Below, one piece after another: positions 45,830-58,960 of a DNA stretch of 64,000 bases. A model generated the notes under the pieces. That model had not been told where the DNA came from. It worked only from the letters and a program-made list of their open reading frames with translations, and ran no database searches. Position 1 is the first letter of the stretch. Each line of letters begins with the position of its first letter. The stretch comes from the human T2T-CHM13v2.0 reference genome, Homo sapiens, in contig CP068257.2 in the NCBI GenBank assembly GCA_009914755.4, positions 35,552,001-35,616,000 on the forward strand, given 5' to 3'. Made by a program: the position numbers and the translations under genes.

Positions 45830-46153
45830 CTGAGTGCGATGGCAGTCACCTGTAGTCTCACCTACTTGGGAGGCCGAGGCAGGAGGATCCCGTTAGCCTG
45901 GGAGTTCTGGGCTGTAGTGTGCTGTGCTGATTGAGTGTCCACAGTAAGTTCAGCATCAATATGGTGACCTCCTGGGAGTGGGGGACTACCAGGTTGCCTA
46001 AGGAGGTGTGAACCGGCCCAGATCAGAAATGGAGCAGGTCAAAACTCCCATGCTAATCAGTAGTGGGACTGCACCTGTGAATAGGCGCTGCATTTCAGCC
46101 TGGGCAACATAGCGAGACTCCCTCTCTAAAAAAATAAAAAATAAGTAAAAATA
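45830..46153 (+). pseudogene. 7SL / SRP RNA retropseudogene (near full-length, includes the S-domain absent from Alu)
   Basis: Aligns along its length to 7SL RNA, including ...gttctgggctgtagtg.gct.tgc.gat.g.gtgtcc.ca.taagttc.gcatcaatatggtgacctcc.gggag.gggga.caccaggttgcctaaggagg.gtgaaccggcccag.tc.gaaa.ggagcaggtcaaaactccc.tgct.atcagtagtggga... A-rich tail. 15-bp TSD aaaagtaaaaatgag at 45815-45829 and 46154-46168. CpG-to-TpG decay indicates age. Confidence 0.85.
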
Positions 46154-46281
46154 AAAAGTAAAAATGAGGAAATAGAATTTTAGAAATAGAATATAGAATT
46201 ATATTTTGTTTAATCTAGTATATCTAAAATGTTTAAAAATAAAATCAATATAAAATTATTGTCATTATTATTATTATTATC

Positions 46282-46747
<466 letters not shown>

Positions 46748-47104
46748 TAAACACCAAGTATCTTGTGAGCTTTACTGTACGTGAATTTCTCAGGAATGCT
46801 GTAACTGTGCACATTGAGGTTTGAGGTTTGATTGCCCTTTTGTTGTTTTTTTCTGAACGTTACTAAGGGTTGTTCATAATTTTGGAAGGTAGTATTATCC
46901 AATAGCCCCCGCCCCCTCCGCGTCCGCAGTGTGAGTCCCCTGCACAACATGCACTGAAGCCTCTGCATTTGTAGCTCTCACATTCATGGTGATTCTACCC
47001 GAGGCCATGCACTGAATATGTCAGTATCACGGCTTGATATCTTCCAGTTTAGCTGTGCCTGAGTGTCTATGTACTGAAATCTGTATTATTTTATAATACA
47101 TTTC

Positions 47105-47313
47105 TTTGTTTTTTGAGATGGGGTGTCACTCTGTCGCCCTGGCTGGAGTGCACTGGCGTGATCTAGGCTCACTTCAACCTCCGCCCCCTAGGCTCAAGTG
47201 ATCCTCCCACCTCAGCCTCCCGAGTAGCTGGGACCACAGGCACACGCCAGCACGCCCAGCTAATTTTTTGTATTTTTGGTACAGATGGGGTTTCGTCTTG
47301 TGCCCAGGCTGGT
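47105..47313 (-). repeat. Alu (antisense, 3'-truncated)
   Basis: ttttgagatggggtgtcactctgtcgccctggctggagtgcactggcgtgatctaggctcacttcaacctccgcccc...cccaggctggt. Confidence 0.85.
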
Positions 47314-47339
47314 AAAATACATTTCTTTATATTTATTTA

Positions 47340-47644
<305 letters not shown>

Positions 47645-47745
47645 ATTGTGATTTCCTTTGTTGCTATGCATGTAACTGATTTTTGCAGTTTCCATGGATT
47701 AAAAAACATGTATTTGCTACCAGATATAAAGGAAAATCGTGGTAA

Positions 47746-48109
<364 letters not shown>

Positions 48110-49949
48110 TGAATTCAACTTTGAACTTGTGTTTTCTTAATACATATTGGTGTCGAAAATTGTTTTAAAACAAACATGAATATTTAAGATTTTAGTTTTT
48201 TGCTCCTTTCTCTCACCTTTCTGCAGCTAAGCCTGGGTGCATCCTTTTTTGGTGTATCATGCGGCAGTACATCTGGGCTCCTGGCCCAGCCTCCCCAGGT
48301 GGCCCCATCAGAGGCTATACATCTGTAGACAGAAAAGCTGGTCTCCTTCCTTTCACTTAAGACCCAGAGGTTGTGGTCTAGTTCTTGAAGGTCTAGTCCT
48401 TGACCCAGGTGGGGGACAGTGACCTCTGAGAAAGGAAGTGACCACACCCTGCTTTATGGGGCCTTTGCTGACCAAACCCTACCTCTCATAATGCTTTTCG
48501 TTTGAGTTGCTTTGTCCCTAAGTCTTCATGCTCAGCCTCCTACCACAGCTGGACGTTTGTAAAGGGAACCAGAAACATCTTTTGGGGAAATGACAGTTGA
48601 TGCAGATGACAGTAAACCATAAACTTTTGGTATTATCCTGACCCTTAGTCCTGATCAAGCTGGCACTCCCCAGAATGCGACAATATACAGACATAGGCAC
48701 AAATTCTGTTTTCATACTTTTCTAAGTACTTAAAACCTCCACAGCATATGTCTTTTGTATGTTATACACAAGACTGTAAAGAGACTGGCTGGGGTTGGAC
48801 ATGAAAAGCCCTACAAAGTCAGAATCCTGCCGGCCTGGAGCGGGGTCTATCCAAGGGATTCCATCTTACCAGTGACATTCATAGAAAAGCACAGTAAAGC
48901 ACAGGAGATCCTTGCTGAGTTTTAATTCCTCAGTCTGCCTTTCTGCATCTTTTGAGTGATACACTCTAATAATTTGACTGCATTTTGTGTGAGTATAGCT
49001 GGATCCGCTTTGATTCTACAAATTAGGTGCCCTTCTGTTTCTTAGTAATGTCATATTCTCTGACCACTGTAGCCACTTAAGATAGTCTCAAATATGAATA
49101 ATTTTCAGTGGCCATAGTGGAGAAGATGCTGACCCAGGAGGCTTATTCTCACCTCCACCTCTTAGACTCACATGTATGATTTTTTTTTCTCCCTACCAAA
49201 GTGGCTAGTTTTGACAGCCTTTAGGTTGCAGAACTGTTTATATTCGAAAGAAGACCTTACCTTCATAGAGCATTTTCCCGGGCAGTTGTTCTGCTTTGTG
49301 TTTTTAATATCTACTCTTATTCGGAGTCCCAAAATGAGTTAGCTTGGGTAGCTCTCACAATGAAAACTGATTTCTTCGCATAAAACTTTATTCTACCTTT
49401 TTGAAAACCAGCTGGAAATGATGAATGGTGGCTTCAACAGTAATGGTTCACGAAGAACTGATCGTGTCCCCATCAATGAGGTCTTACCCATGGCAGGGCA
49501 ATGGCGGTCTACTGTAATTCTGTGTTGGTTGTAGTAAGTTGGGGGAATATCAGGCCAAGAATCAACAGAGCTACGTGGCTTAGGCAGGTCAGTTTCTCTG
49601 TGCCTCAGCCTGCTCACCTGTGAGATGGGAATAATAAACACCCCTCAGAAGGTATTGTGAGGTCATTCACTAAAGGACATTTCAGTCCTTTGAATGGGTC
49701 TGGAACATACCCTAGTATTTTTACTCTACATAGAAGAAATCAGTCCTAGAATATAATTAGATCGGACTTTCTGGTCCTTTAATCACTCGCCTCCTTCCTA
49801 AACTGGATCCAGCTGCAAATGATTGCGTTAGTCTCAGGACTTCATTTTCATTTGACTCAGCTGATCAAAACTGAGACCATTCTGAGGCAGGAGAATAGGG
49901 TCTGGAGGCAGTAAACCTAAGCCCAATTCACGCTGACTTCCTAGAACTA

Positions 49950-50480
49950 AATCAAAAGGAAAACCCCAACTTTCCACATCCAAGTAACAAAAGGACCAGA
50001 GGCTACTCCCTCTGCAACCCCCCTTTTTCCACGTGGCAGATAAACTCTAAGTACCTTTGATTGGTCCCCTCCCACAGCCAATGAGGCTGTTCACAGGTCA
50101 AGACTTCATTTGCATGGGAGTATAACTTTGTAACTTCAGCCTCTGATTGGTTGCTTTCTGCAACTAATCAGATGTTTGCATAGGGTATAGCTTTATAACT
50201 TCGCTTCAGCCTCTGGTTGGTCCTCTCCTGCAACCAATCAGACTGATTATGGTCCACTACTTCATTTACACAAGGTGTACACCAAGTAACCAATGGGAAA
50301 CCTCTACAGGGTATTTAAATCCCAGAAAATTGTGTCACCGGGCCCTTCAGCCTCATGGGCTGCTCCCACCTTGTGGGGTGTACTTTCATTTTCAACAAAT
50401 CTCTGCTTTTGTTGCTTCCTTCTTTCCTTGCTTTGTGTGTTTTGTCCAATTCTTTGTTCAAGAACGCCAGGGTGACGTAA
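49950..50480 (+). repeat. LTR-like element: three degenerate ~80-90 bp tandem repeats carrying ATTGG/CCAAT boxes, a TATA-like tatttaaat, then an R/U5-like segment
   Basis: Repeat units tgattggtcccctcccacagccaatgag..., tgattggttgctttctgcaactaatcag..., tggttggtcctctcctgcaaccaatcag..., followed by gggtatttaaatcccag. This resembles ERV LTR U3 enhancer repeats (LTR12-like flavour). Family not determined. Confidence 0.4.
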
Positions 50481-50879
50481 CAATTCAAACCATGAAGAGG
50501 TAACAGAGCCCTTCGCGCGTCTCAACACGTGGTGACGCAGCTAATAACCTGTGATGCATACATGGGAACAAATGCATAGAAAAACTTGTCAATGACACGG
50601 CAAAGTAAAACCCAAATGAAGCGAGGTGAAAGAATGGGCTGCAGCGCAGGCAAAACTGCACCACGTTACAGACTGCTCGCCTGGGATGGAACGGTGGGGA
50701 GGTGCGCAGACGGATGGACAAGCGCCTGGCAAAATGGATTTCTTTTCCTAGACTGCTAATGCTACTAACAGTTCCCTCCTCACAGGGTCGCTATAACGAG
50801 GTAACATACAGCACTTAGAAGACGGCCTGACCCAGAATAACACTAATGTTCACATGGCTGCGAGTCTCAGACCAAAATC

Positions 50880-51720
50880 AATAGCCGGTATCTACTGAAA
50901 CTGCAGCAAGGCGAAACCACGGGAATGGCGCTCCGTTGAGTAGAGCAACGCACAGCACATCACATCGCATCCTCCGTAGCGGGAGGCTCTGGCCTCACCG
51001 CAGCGGCACTTCCCGGAAGAGCCCAGGATATTCGGGGACCCGCACCGGACAGGCGGCCCAGGCCCCCTGGCGCCCAGCTGGCCGCCCTGTTGCAGCTCTC
51101 ATGCCAAGACCTGCGCCTAACGGCAGGGATTCCGGCGGTCATCATTTATTCTTGGCGCTAAGCTGCCGCTTCTCTTTTTTATCACCACAGAGTAACGCAG
51201 ACCCCACCGTTTCCTTCCATTCTGAGCCAACCACTCCAGCAGCCACCGGGGCGCCAGGTTATGCTGGGGCTGCACCACCCGGCCCGAGGCTTTTGAAGCC
51301 ACGCCTGAGCGCGGAGGATGGGCAGGATTTGCCCCGTGAACTCCCGCGCACGCAGGCTCCGCGCGAGGCCCGGGCGCCCGAGCGTCGATTCCCTCCCCTA
51401 TCACCAGCTCCAGGGTGGTGCCCCCCGGCTGTGGAGCCCAGACCCCGGCCGTCCAGCAGCGTATAGACGAGCCCATGTCTGCGATGTAACTGCACCGCGC
51501 TGGGGATCCACCTCCCGCCAGGGTGAGGGCGCTGTCCTCCAGCGTATGCTAGGCAGGCGCGCCCCGCCCTCCTGGTCACGTGACCACGCCTACAGCCGAA
51601 GAGGATGGGAAAATGCGGCCCTGTTCCTGAACAGGAAGCGGAAGCAGGAAGGAACTGAGAACACCAGCATCTGCTGCCGCCCTGAATCAGCGTTAGCATG
51701 TGGAGGCAACCTCAGCCCCC
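50880..51720. promoter_or_regulatory. CpG island (very high CpG density) containing a GC-box, a perfect palindromic E-box and tandem ETS/GGAA motifs
   Basis: Seen directly: dense CpGs such as cgcgcacgcaggctccgcgcgaggcccgggcgcccgagcgtcg, with no sign of CpG decay. GC-box gccccgccc at 51561-51569. Palindrome ggtcacgtgacc at 51574-51585. ggaagcggaagcaggaagg at 51634-51652. Confidence 0.6.
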
Positions 51721-51767
51721 AGTTTTTGAAGAAGGTGATTCAGATTCAGACACAGGAATTATGGTGA
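51318..51767 (+). other. DSCR9: 149-aa ORF matching the length of the hypothetical DSCR9 protein (MGRICPVNSRARRLRARPGRP...QTQELW). Probably non-coding.
   Basis: ORF-track 51318..51767 is exactly 149 aa, the length reported for the DSCR9 hypothetical protein. It is Arg/Pro/Gly-rich and low-complexity, lies inside a CpG island, and is overlapped by equally long antisense ORFs (51259..51699, 51117..51476). Confidence 0.45.
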
Positions 51768-51989
51768 CGGTAGAAATGGACTGGAAGGTTCGTTCCCCTT
51801 GCCCACCAAGACTCCAGAGCAGGTGGGTTCTTGATGTCTACTCTGCATGAAGCCCTGGGCTTTCCGGCCCTCCCTACTTTTCCTCCGAATTCACAGCACA
51901 GCGGAGCCAAAATGTATTCCTGCCAAAACGGGCATTTCCCAAAAGAAAATATTGTTTTAGATTCATTGTTCACAGCCTCTTTTTTTTTG

Positions 51990-53360
<1,371 letters not shown>

Positions 53361-53665
53361 TCATCTCTTGCTCTAATTGGAGAATTTGACAACTCTGAAC
53401 CTCTGACTGTGGATAACCCCAACTCCAGCAAGCCTGGGCAAGAGTGGGACAGTTGCAGCCCAAGGTAGCCAAACATCTGAGTTTTGCCTAGTAACAGATC
53501 ATGGAGAGGTCAGACCAAGAAGTGGAAGGAAGTGGCCGGCCTAAGGCCTTTGTTTGGGCCACTCAGGGTTGAATGAAATGATAAAGGTAGCCACGTTGTC
53601 TGGATGCGCTTCAGGTAATAATTATTCTCTAAGGAAAGCAGTCATATTTATATCCATAAAATCAG

Positions 53666-53671
53666 TTTATT
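53666..53671 (-). terminator. VPS26C: Poly(A) signal for VPS26C (AATAAA on minus strand)
   Basis: Plus strand reads cagTTTATTaaattac. The minus strand reads gtaatttAATAAActgattttatgg followed by a U-rich stretch. Confidence 0.45.
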
Positions 53672-54401
53672 AAATTACATAGCAATATACATCCCAAACC
53701 TTTTCTCAAAATTGTCATTAGCTTTTTAAATTCGTTAAATATTTTCATCTCATTAAAAATGGTTTCTTCCTTTAAAATTTCCCAGAAAGTGTGGCCTCTG
53801 TTTTCTGCTACTCAGTTTAAACACATCATCAAGGATAGATAATTAATGTCAGGTGAGCATAAAAGGAGATTATAAACCAGAAATGTGTTTTCTGGGAACC
53901 AAGTTTCAAGTGACTCAGATAAGTTTTATTAATTTCATGGGTGAAGCCCCTGGATAAAGCAGTGCCTAAATCAGGCTTGTTTACCCTTGGCATTATGTCA
54001 CCAAACACTGTTTCAGGATACTGGAAGTACATACAGCTTGGGAGGTCTTTGGCCTGAGCCTGTTTTGGCCAAGCCCATCCAGAATGAAAAGTACAAAAGA
54101 AGGCTAGTGTGTGTGCAAAGCAGCATGGCTTATTTTGAGGTCCTATTAGTTGTGGGCCAACAAAACAGTGGCAGGATTTGAAGGAAGAAATGTATTGCAA
54201 TAGTCCATATCCTTCGAACCACAAAGGGAGACTGAGGAAATGCTGGCTTTAGGCCAAAAAACCCTGGCTCAAAACAGCTTCCTCCAGTGGCTCAGAGGCA
54301 GACCAAATTCATCAAGTCAAGGACCTTTTCCTGCTACCACCTTGCGGAGAGGGGCCTTCACCAGCCCACCCTGCACATGGGTTTCTGCTGTTCAGAACCT
54401 A

Positions 54402-54737
<336 letters not shown>

Positions 54738-54929
54738 GTTTGGAAAACTGTCTCTCTCTATGTATGTATCTGTTCAGGGAAATGGCAGCGTGAGATTTTA
54801 TGGCAGTTCTTGAGACTTCAGAAACACTTCGGCACCAGCCAAATCCCCCCAAGAGAGCAAGGAACACTTTTCCAGTTGCTTAAAAAATTTAAAGTTATAA
54901 TGAAAAATGTTGTAAAAAGAACTACAGAG

Positions 54930-55216
<287 letters not shown>

Positions 55217-55768
55217 CTACAGAATAGAGTAGGGGTGGAGGGAAGTCATGCATTTCCAGTGGCTAGCACTTTGCGCTCTGCCTTGGCGAGTATCTGCAAA
55301 CTTCCTGACCATCAAGTGCGCTTGCAGCCATCCTGGATGTCAACTGGCCACAGACCCTTTGCTATGGGGAGTCCCTGGCTACATCCATTAGCAAGTCAGA
55401 GGTTTCCTTTTGTCCCCATGATGCCACTCTCCAGCAAGCTCAAACTGCTGTCACAATTGTTTTACTGTACCTAAAAAGGAACAGATAAGGCAAGAGCCAC
55501 AGTCAATGTTTTCTGTGAAATGGTCTTGGCAAATAGCATTAAGAAATCTTGTTGAATTTCAAAGAAAAGGTCTGATTAGAGGTGCCTGTTGGAAGCAGAA
55601 GCCTCAAGAAATGAGGAAGGAAAGTTAATTTGAGGGTCTGTTTCATTTCTGATACAGAATAATCACAAAAACAAGTATATGCCGCTGGCTGTAGCTCCCC
55701 TTAGGATTTGGATAACCAGCTGGATTTCCAGATGGCCACTCCCGTTCTCTATGCTTCCCTCCTCCGGG

Positions 55769-55851
55769 CTATATCCTGCAGAGCTTCAGCGGGAAGTTCT
55801 CCGTGATGAGGTGGTCAGGGTGAAGCAGCACCACGATGTTAACCTCAAATT
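55769..55851 (-). CDS. VPS26C: VPS26C (DSCR3) terminal coding segment (stop at 55769-55771)
   Basis: Minus strand: acceptor tcttctcag|AATTTGAGG. Frame (E)FEVNIVVLLHPDHLITENFPLKLCRI, then TAG (ORF-track 55769..55975). The exon continues as 3'UTR to ~53645. Confidence 0.75.
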
Positions 55852-57475
55852 CTGAGAAGAGAAGAGAGGGTGGGTTTGTGCTCACTGTTACCAAGCAGCG
55901 AAACCACACGCCGCCACCACTGCAGTCGCAGGAAGCTCTAACGGCGAAGGAGCACCCGGTGCGGGTGGGTTTCATTGCTGTCCCCTCAGCGCCACCCTGA
56001 CCTTTCAGCCAAACCAGTGGAGATGACTATGCTGATGTCTGACTACCTCTGTCAACTTTCTCTAAGTGAATTTTTGTCCTCTCATCTTGGAACATGAGTG
56101 ATCAGGCTTCACCAACTACACTTTCCCTGTCCCTTTGCTTTCCTAAAAAGGATATTCTAGAACCCTTTCAATTCATTTGTATTCCTTTGCCTTATTTTTA
56201 CATTTCCTACGGTTCTTAATGAAATAGCAGACTGTGAACCAGCGCATAGCTGTCTGGGCCCATGTCCCCAATCCCCAGGTGAGAAACAGTCTTCAGAAGC
56301 AACAATTTCATTGTTGCTCCATTGGATACTATTCATCCATCACCTTTCAGCAAACAGGATTCCTTCTCCACCGACTCTTCAGCTGATATGGGTGAGCCTT
56401 GTTGATCCTAACAAAAGGGATGTGTGTGAAGAGGAAGCACCTGACGACAAACAAGCACCATCTCCTTCCCCAGTGTGAGGAGGGGTGGGAAGGGCACCGT
56501 GTGGGCAGAGGGCACCCTGTGCTGAGCCCCACACTGTGGCAGCTCAGCTGTGGAAGGGGCCTTGGAGTCAGTGCCCACCTGTGGCTGGGGTCTGCAGGAC
56601 AACATCCCCGTGTGGGAGTGTCCACCTCCGCCCAAACATCAGCCACAAGAAGAGTCGGCCACCAGCAGTGGCCGGCCTGTCCTTCCTCACTTTATTGTCA
56701 CTACATTAGAGTCCTCTGGGCACTTCCTGCCACCACTCCCTTCAATGGGTTCTCCACCCCTCTTGTTGTGCCCCCCAGAAGGGTGGAGGGTGTGGCTGGA
56801 GTGGACAGAGAGGGATGCCCAGCAGGCAAGATAGGGAGCTGGCGGGGGCTTTCCTTTACAGCAGGAAAACAGCTGCACTGGAGCCGCCATGATACCCAGG
56901 CGCTGCTTAGAGTCCGAGTGAGTTCCAGTCTCGGGCCTGACCGTGCATTTGAGGTCACTCGCACGGAATTGGAGGGGAACACACAGAGGTGCTGCTCTTG
57001 ATGTGGATGCAGTGCTCACTCCTGACTTCCAACCTAGAGGTCCCCGAGCCTCTCTGAATCACAGTCCCCTGCTACTGAGAAGGCTCGGTCCCTTCCTACT
57101 GGGTCTCTCTGTTCTACTTCTTCGTAGTGTGGAGTGATCTCCCAATTAACATGATTCTTATTAAGATGGAGGTCCCATTACAATATTTATAGGAAGAGTT
57201 AAAAACATGGAAATGTTCATGATACAATGTTAAGGGAAAAAGGCAGAATATAAAAGGGTGTCTGTGACCTGATTCAGATCCCATGGTTAAAATATGAACA
57301 CACAGGTTCATGGAAACTCACTAGAGGCATCTAGGCCGCGGGGCTCAAGGCCTTCCTGCTGCTGAGCGCTCACTCTGGGGTTTTCACGGGTCCTGGACCT
57401 TCACACAGAGCCACTTTCTCAGTATCCACACCACCCCCCACTCCTGTGGTGCTCGTTCACGGGAGTTTTCTTCAC

Positions 57476-57599
57476 GGAGCTCAGCGTCACCTGCCCATGT
57501 CTACACAGAGCTCAGCGTCACCTGCCCATGTCTACACGGAGCTCAGCGTCACCTGCCCATGTCTACACAGAGCTCAGCGTCACCTGCCCATGTCTACAC
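57476..57599. repeat. Minisatellite: 4 tandem copies of a 30-bp unit gagctcagcgtcacctgcccatgtctacac(a/g)
   Basis: Read directly: ggagctcagcgtcacctgcccatgtctacaca repeated four times with a single R polymorphism per unit. Located in the VPS26C intron. Confidence 0.95.
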
Positions 57600-57717
57600 T
57601 GATGTGGGTCTGTGTGTTTCCCCATGTGACAGTGGAAGTCCCACAAGCACCAGGACTGCCTGTGGGTGTGTCCCCTGTGCAGCACAGCAGCTCCTTAACA
57701 AGGTTTTGTTGAGCAGC

Positions 57718-57830
57718 CGAAGGGCAGCAGGCTCTGAGCTGTATGGCCTGTGGCAGGCCCTGGCACTGAGGGACCGAAGGGCGGCAGGTTCTGAGCTCTG
57801 TGACCCACAGCAGGCCCTGGCGCTGAGCGG
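57718..57830. repeat. 2 copies of a ~57-bp tandem repeat
   Basis: ccgaagggcagcaggctctgagctgtatggcctgtggcaggccctggcactgagggac / cgaagggcggcaggttctgagctctgtgacccacagcaggccctggcgctgagcgg. Confidence 0.85.
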
Positions 57831-57874
57831 CCCTTCCCATGGGCCCATGAGGGCTGGAGGCGAGTGCCACTTAC

Positions 57875-58027
57875 CCACTTTGAAGTTGGTGGTCTCCAGT
57901 GTAGGGCAGGTGAACAGCCTAGGGAAGACCATGTAGATGGGGACAGAGAGGCCCCTGCACACATCCCCGTCGGCGATCTGAATGTTCTGAATCTCCGTGG
58001 CGTCGCGGGCATAGCCTTCTGCACACC
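57875..58027 (-). CDS. VPS26C: VPS26C (DSCR3) penultimate coding exon
   Basis: Minus strand: acceptor ctcccgcag|GGTGTG, donor AAAGTGG|gtaagt. Frame (G)CAEGYARDATEIQNIQIADGDVCRGLSVPIYMVFPRLFTCPTLETTNFKV(E). 153 bp; the phase closes with the flanking exons. Confidence 0.75.
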
Positions 58028-58444
58028 CTGCGGGAGGGAGGCCACATCACGCGGTCAGGGCCAGCAGAGGCTGCGGGTCCACATCCGCACCGGCACCACC
58101 CACCAGTCTGCTCCAAGAATCCTCCAGGGTCCCCTCCCCTCACTTTCCTTAGACACGCGGCTACTGCTAAGGCACAGCCACGCTCTTACTTTTGCTTCCC
58201 CGACGTCCTCTCGTTTTTTAGAGTCAGGGTCATGGTCTGCTCTGCTGCCCAGGCTGGAGTGCAATGGTGCGATCTCAGCTCACTGCAGCCTCAAACCACC
58301 CTCCCACCTCAGCCTCCTGAGTAGCTGGGATTACAGGGGTGCGCCACTGTGCCCAGCCCCCCAGCATCCTCTTAACCATGGAACGTGAGGGTGGCAGTCG
58401 AGGGGGACAGGCAAGCGCCAGGCCTGGTGGCACGGCCCTCACCG

Positions 58445-58592
58445 CACGTCTCCACGCGCACCAGCTGCAGCTCCACGCTTCTGATGGCGGCTTCCGAGCT
58501 CTCCACCACCAGCTCTCCCGTTAGTGGCTGCGTGATGACACAGTTTGTTGAGTTGAGATGTCCTCGAAGGAGAAATTTGGGAAGCAAAGCTC
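58445..58592 (-). CDS. VPS26C: VPS26C (DSCR3) coding exon
   Basis: Minus strand: acceptor tgttttag|AGAGCT, donor GTGCG|gtgagg. Frame RALLPKFLLRGHLNSTNCVITQPLTGELVVESSEAAIRSVELQLVRVETC(G) (ORF-track 58372..58587). Confidence 0.75.
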
Positions 58593-58960
58593 TCTAAAAC
58601 AAAATGAAAACAAATACATCAGAATGCAGGCAAGGGGGGAAAGTGCTCCATACTTTGGTGCAAATAAAACCTGGAAGCGAAGTTGGATAGTGGTTACACA
58701 GTCCACCGGGACCGTCTCACAAAACGGGAAGAAAGGAGCGAAGTACTGACGTCTTGGACATTAGCCGGCTGAATTATTCAACGACTCTCTACATATGGCA
58801 CCTGACTGACACTCTGTGTACAGAGAATGCCTCAGAGAACCATCCTAATTGCCTAGTCTCAGAGCTAGAAAGCTCCTTCTTACCAAGGAATAAGACATGA
58901 AAAAGTCTGAGGGAGTCGCCATGGTGTTCAAGACAACCTGACACACACACAGTTAAAAAG

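Noticed and set aside
45826-46130. Could have been called a diverged Alu
   Set aside because: Rejected as Alu because the central ~155 nt align to the 7SL S-domain that Alus lack. Called a 7SL retropseudogene instead.
50936-51476. 176-aa plus-strand ORF and 119/146-aa minus-strand ORFs across the CpG island
   Set aside because: Mutually overlapping frames on both strands in CpG-island sequence. Arg/Pro/Ala-rich composition. No evidence of coding beyond length.
49950-51900. Possibility that the LTR-like element plus CpG-rich segment is one young ERV provirus fragment (LTR plus leader)
   Set aside because: No recognisable tRNA primer-binding site (TGG...) directly 3' of the LTR-like segment and no gag/pol-like frames downstream. 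The CpG-rich part reads more like a bona fide CpG island. Left open as a finding rather than called.
56399-57001. 200-aa ORF (plus strand), the longest in the window, with several overlapping ORFs on both strands (56347..56646, 56550..56834, 56687..57019)
   Set aside because: GC-rich VPS26C intronic sequence. The ORFs overlap each other in multiple frames and strands. The composition is low-complexity and Gly/Pro/Arg/Ser-rich, there is no splice-site context, and nothing recognisable as a domain.
57446-58143. Dense overlapping ORFs on both strands (57559..57936 on the plus strand, 57594..57962 on the minus strand, 57695..58045 on the minus strand, 57864..58388 on the plus strand)
   Set aside because: Only the portion 57875-58027 on the minus strand is real coding sequence (a VPS26C exon, splice-bounded). 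The remaining frames run through the minisatellite and GC-rich intron and are artefacts.
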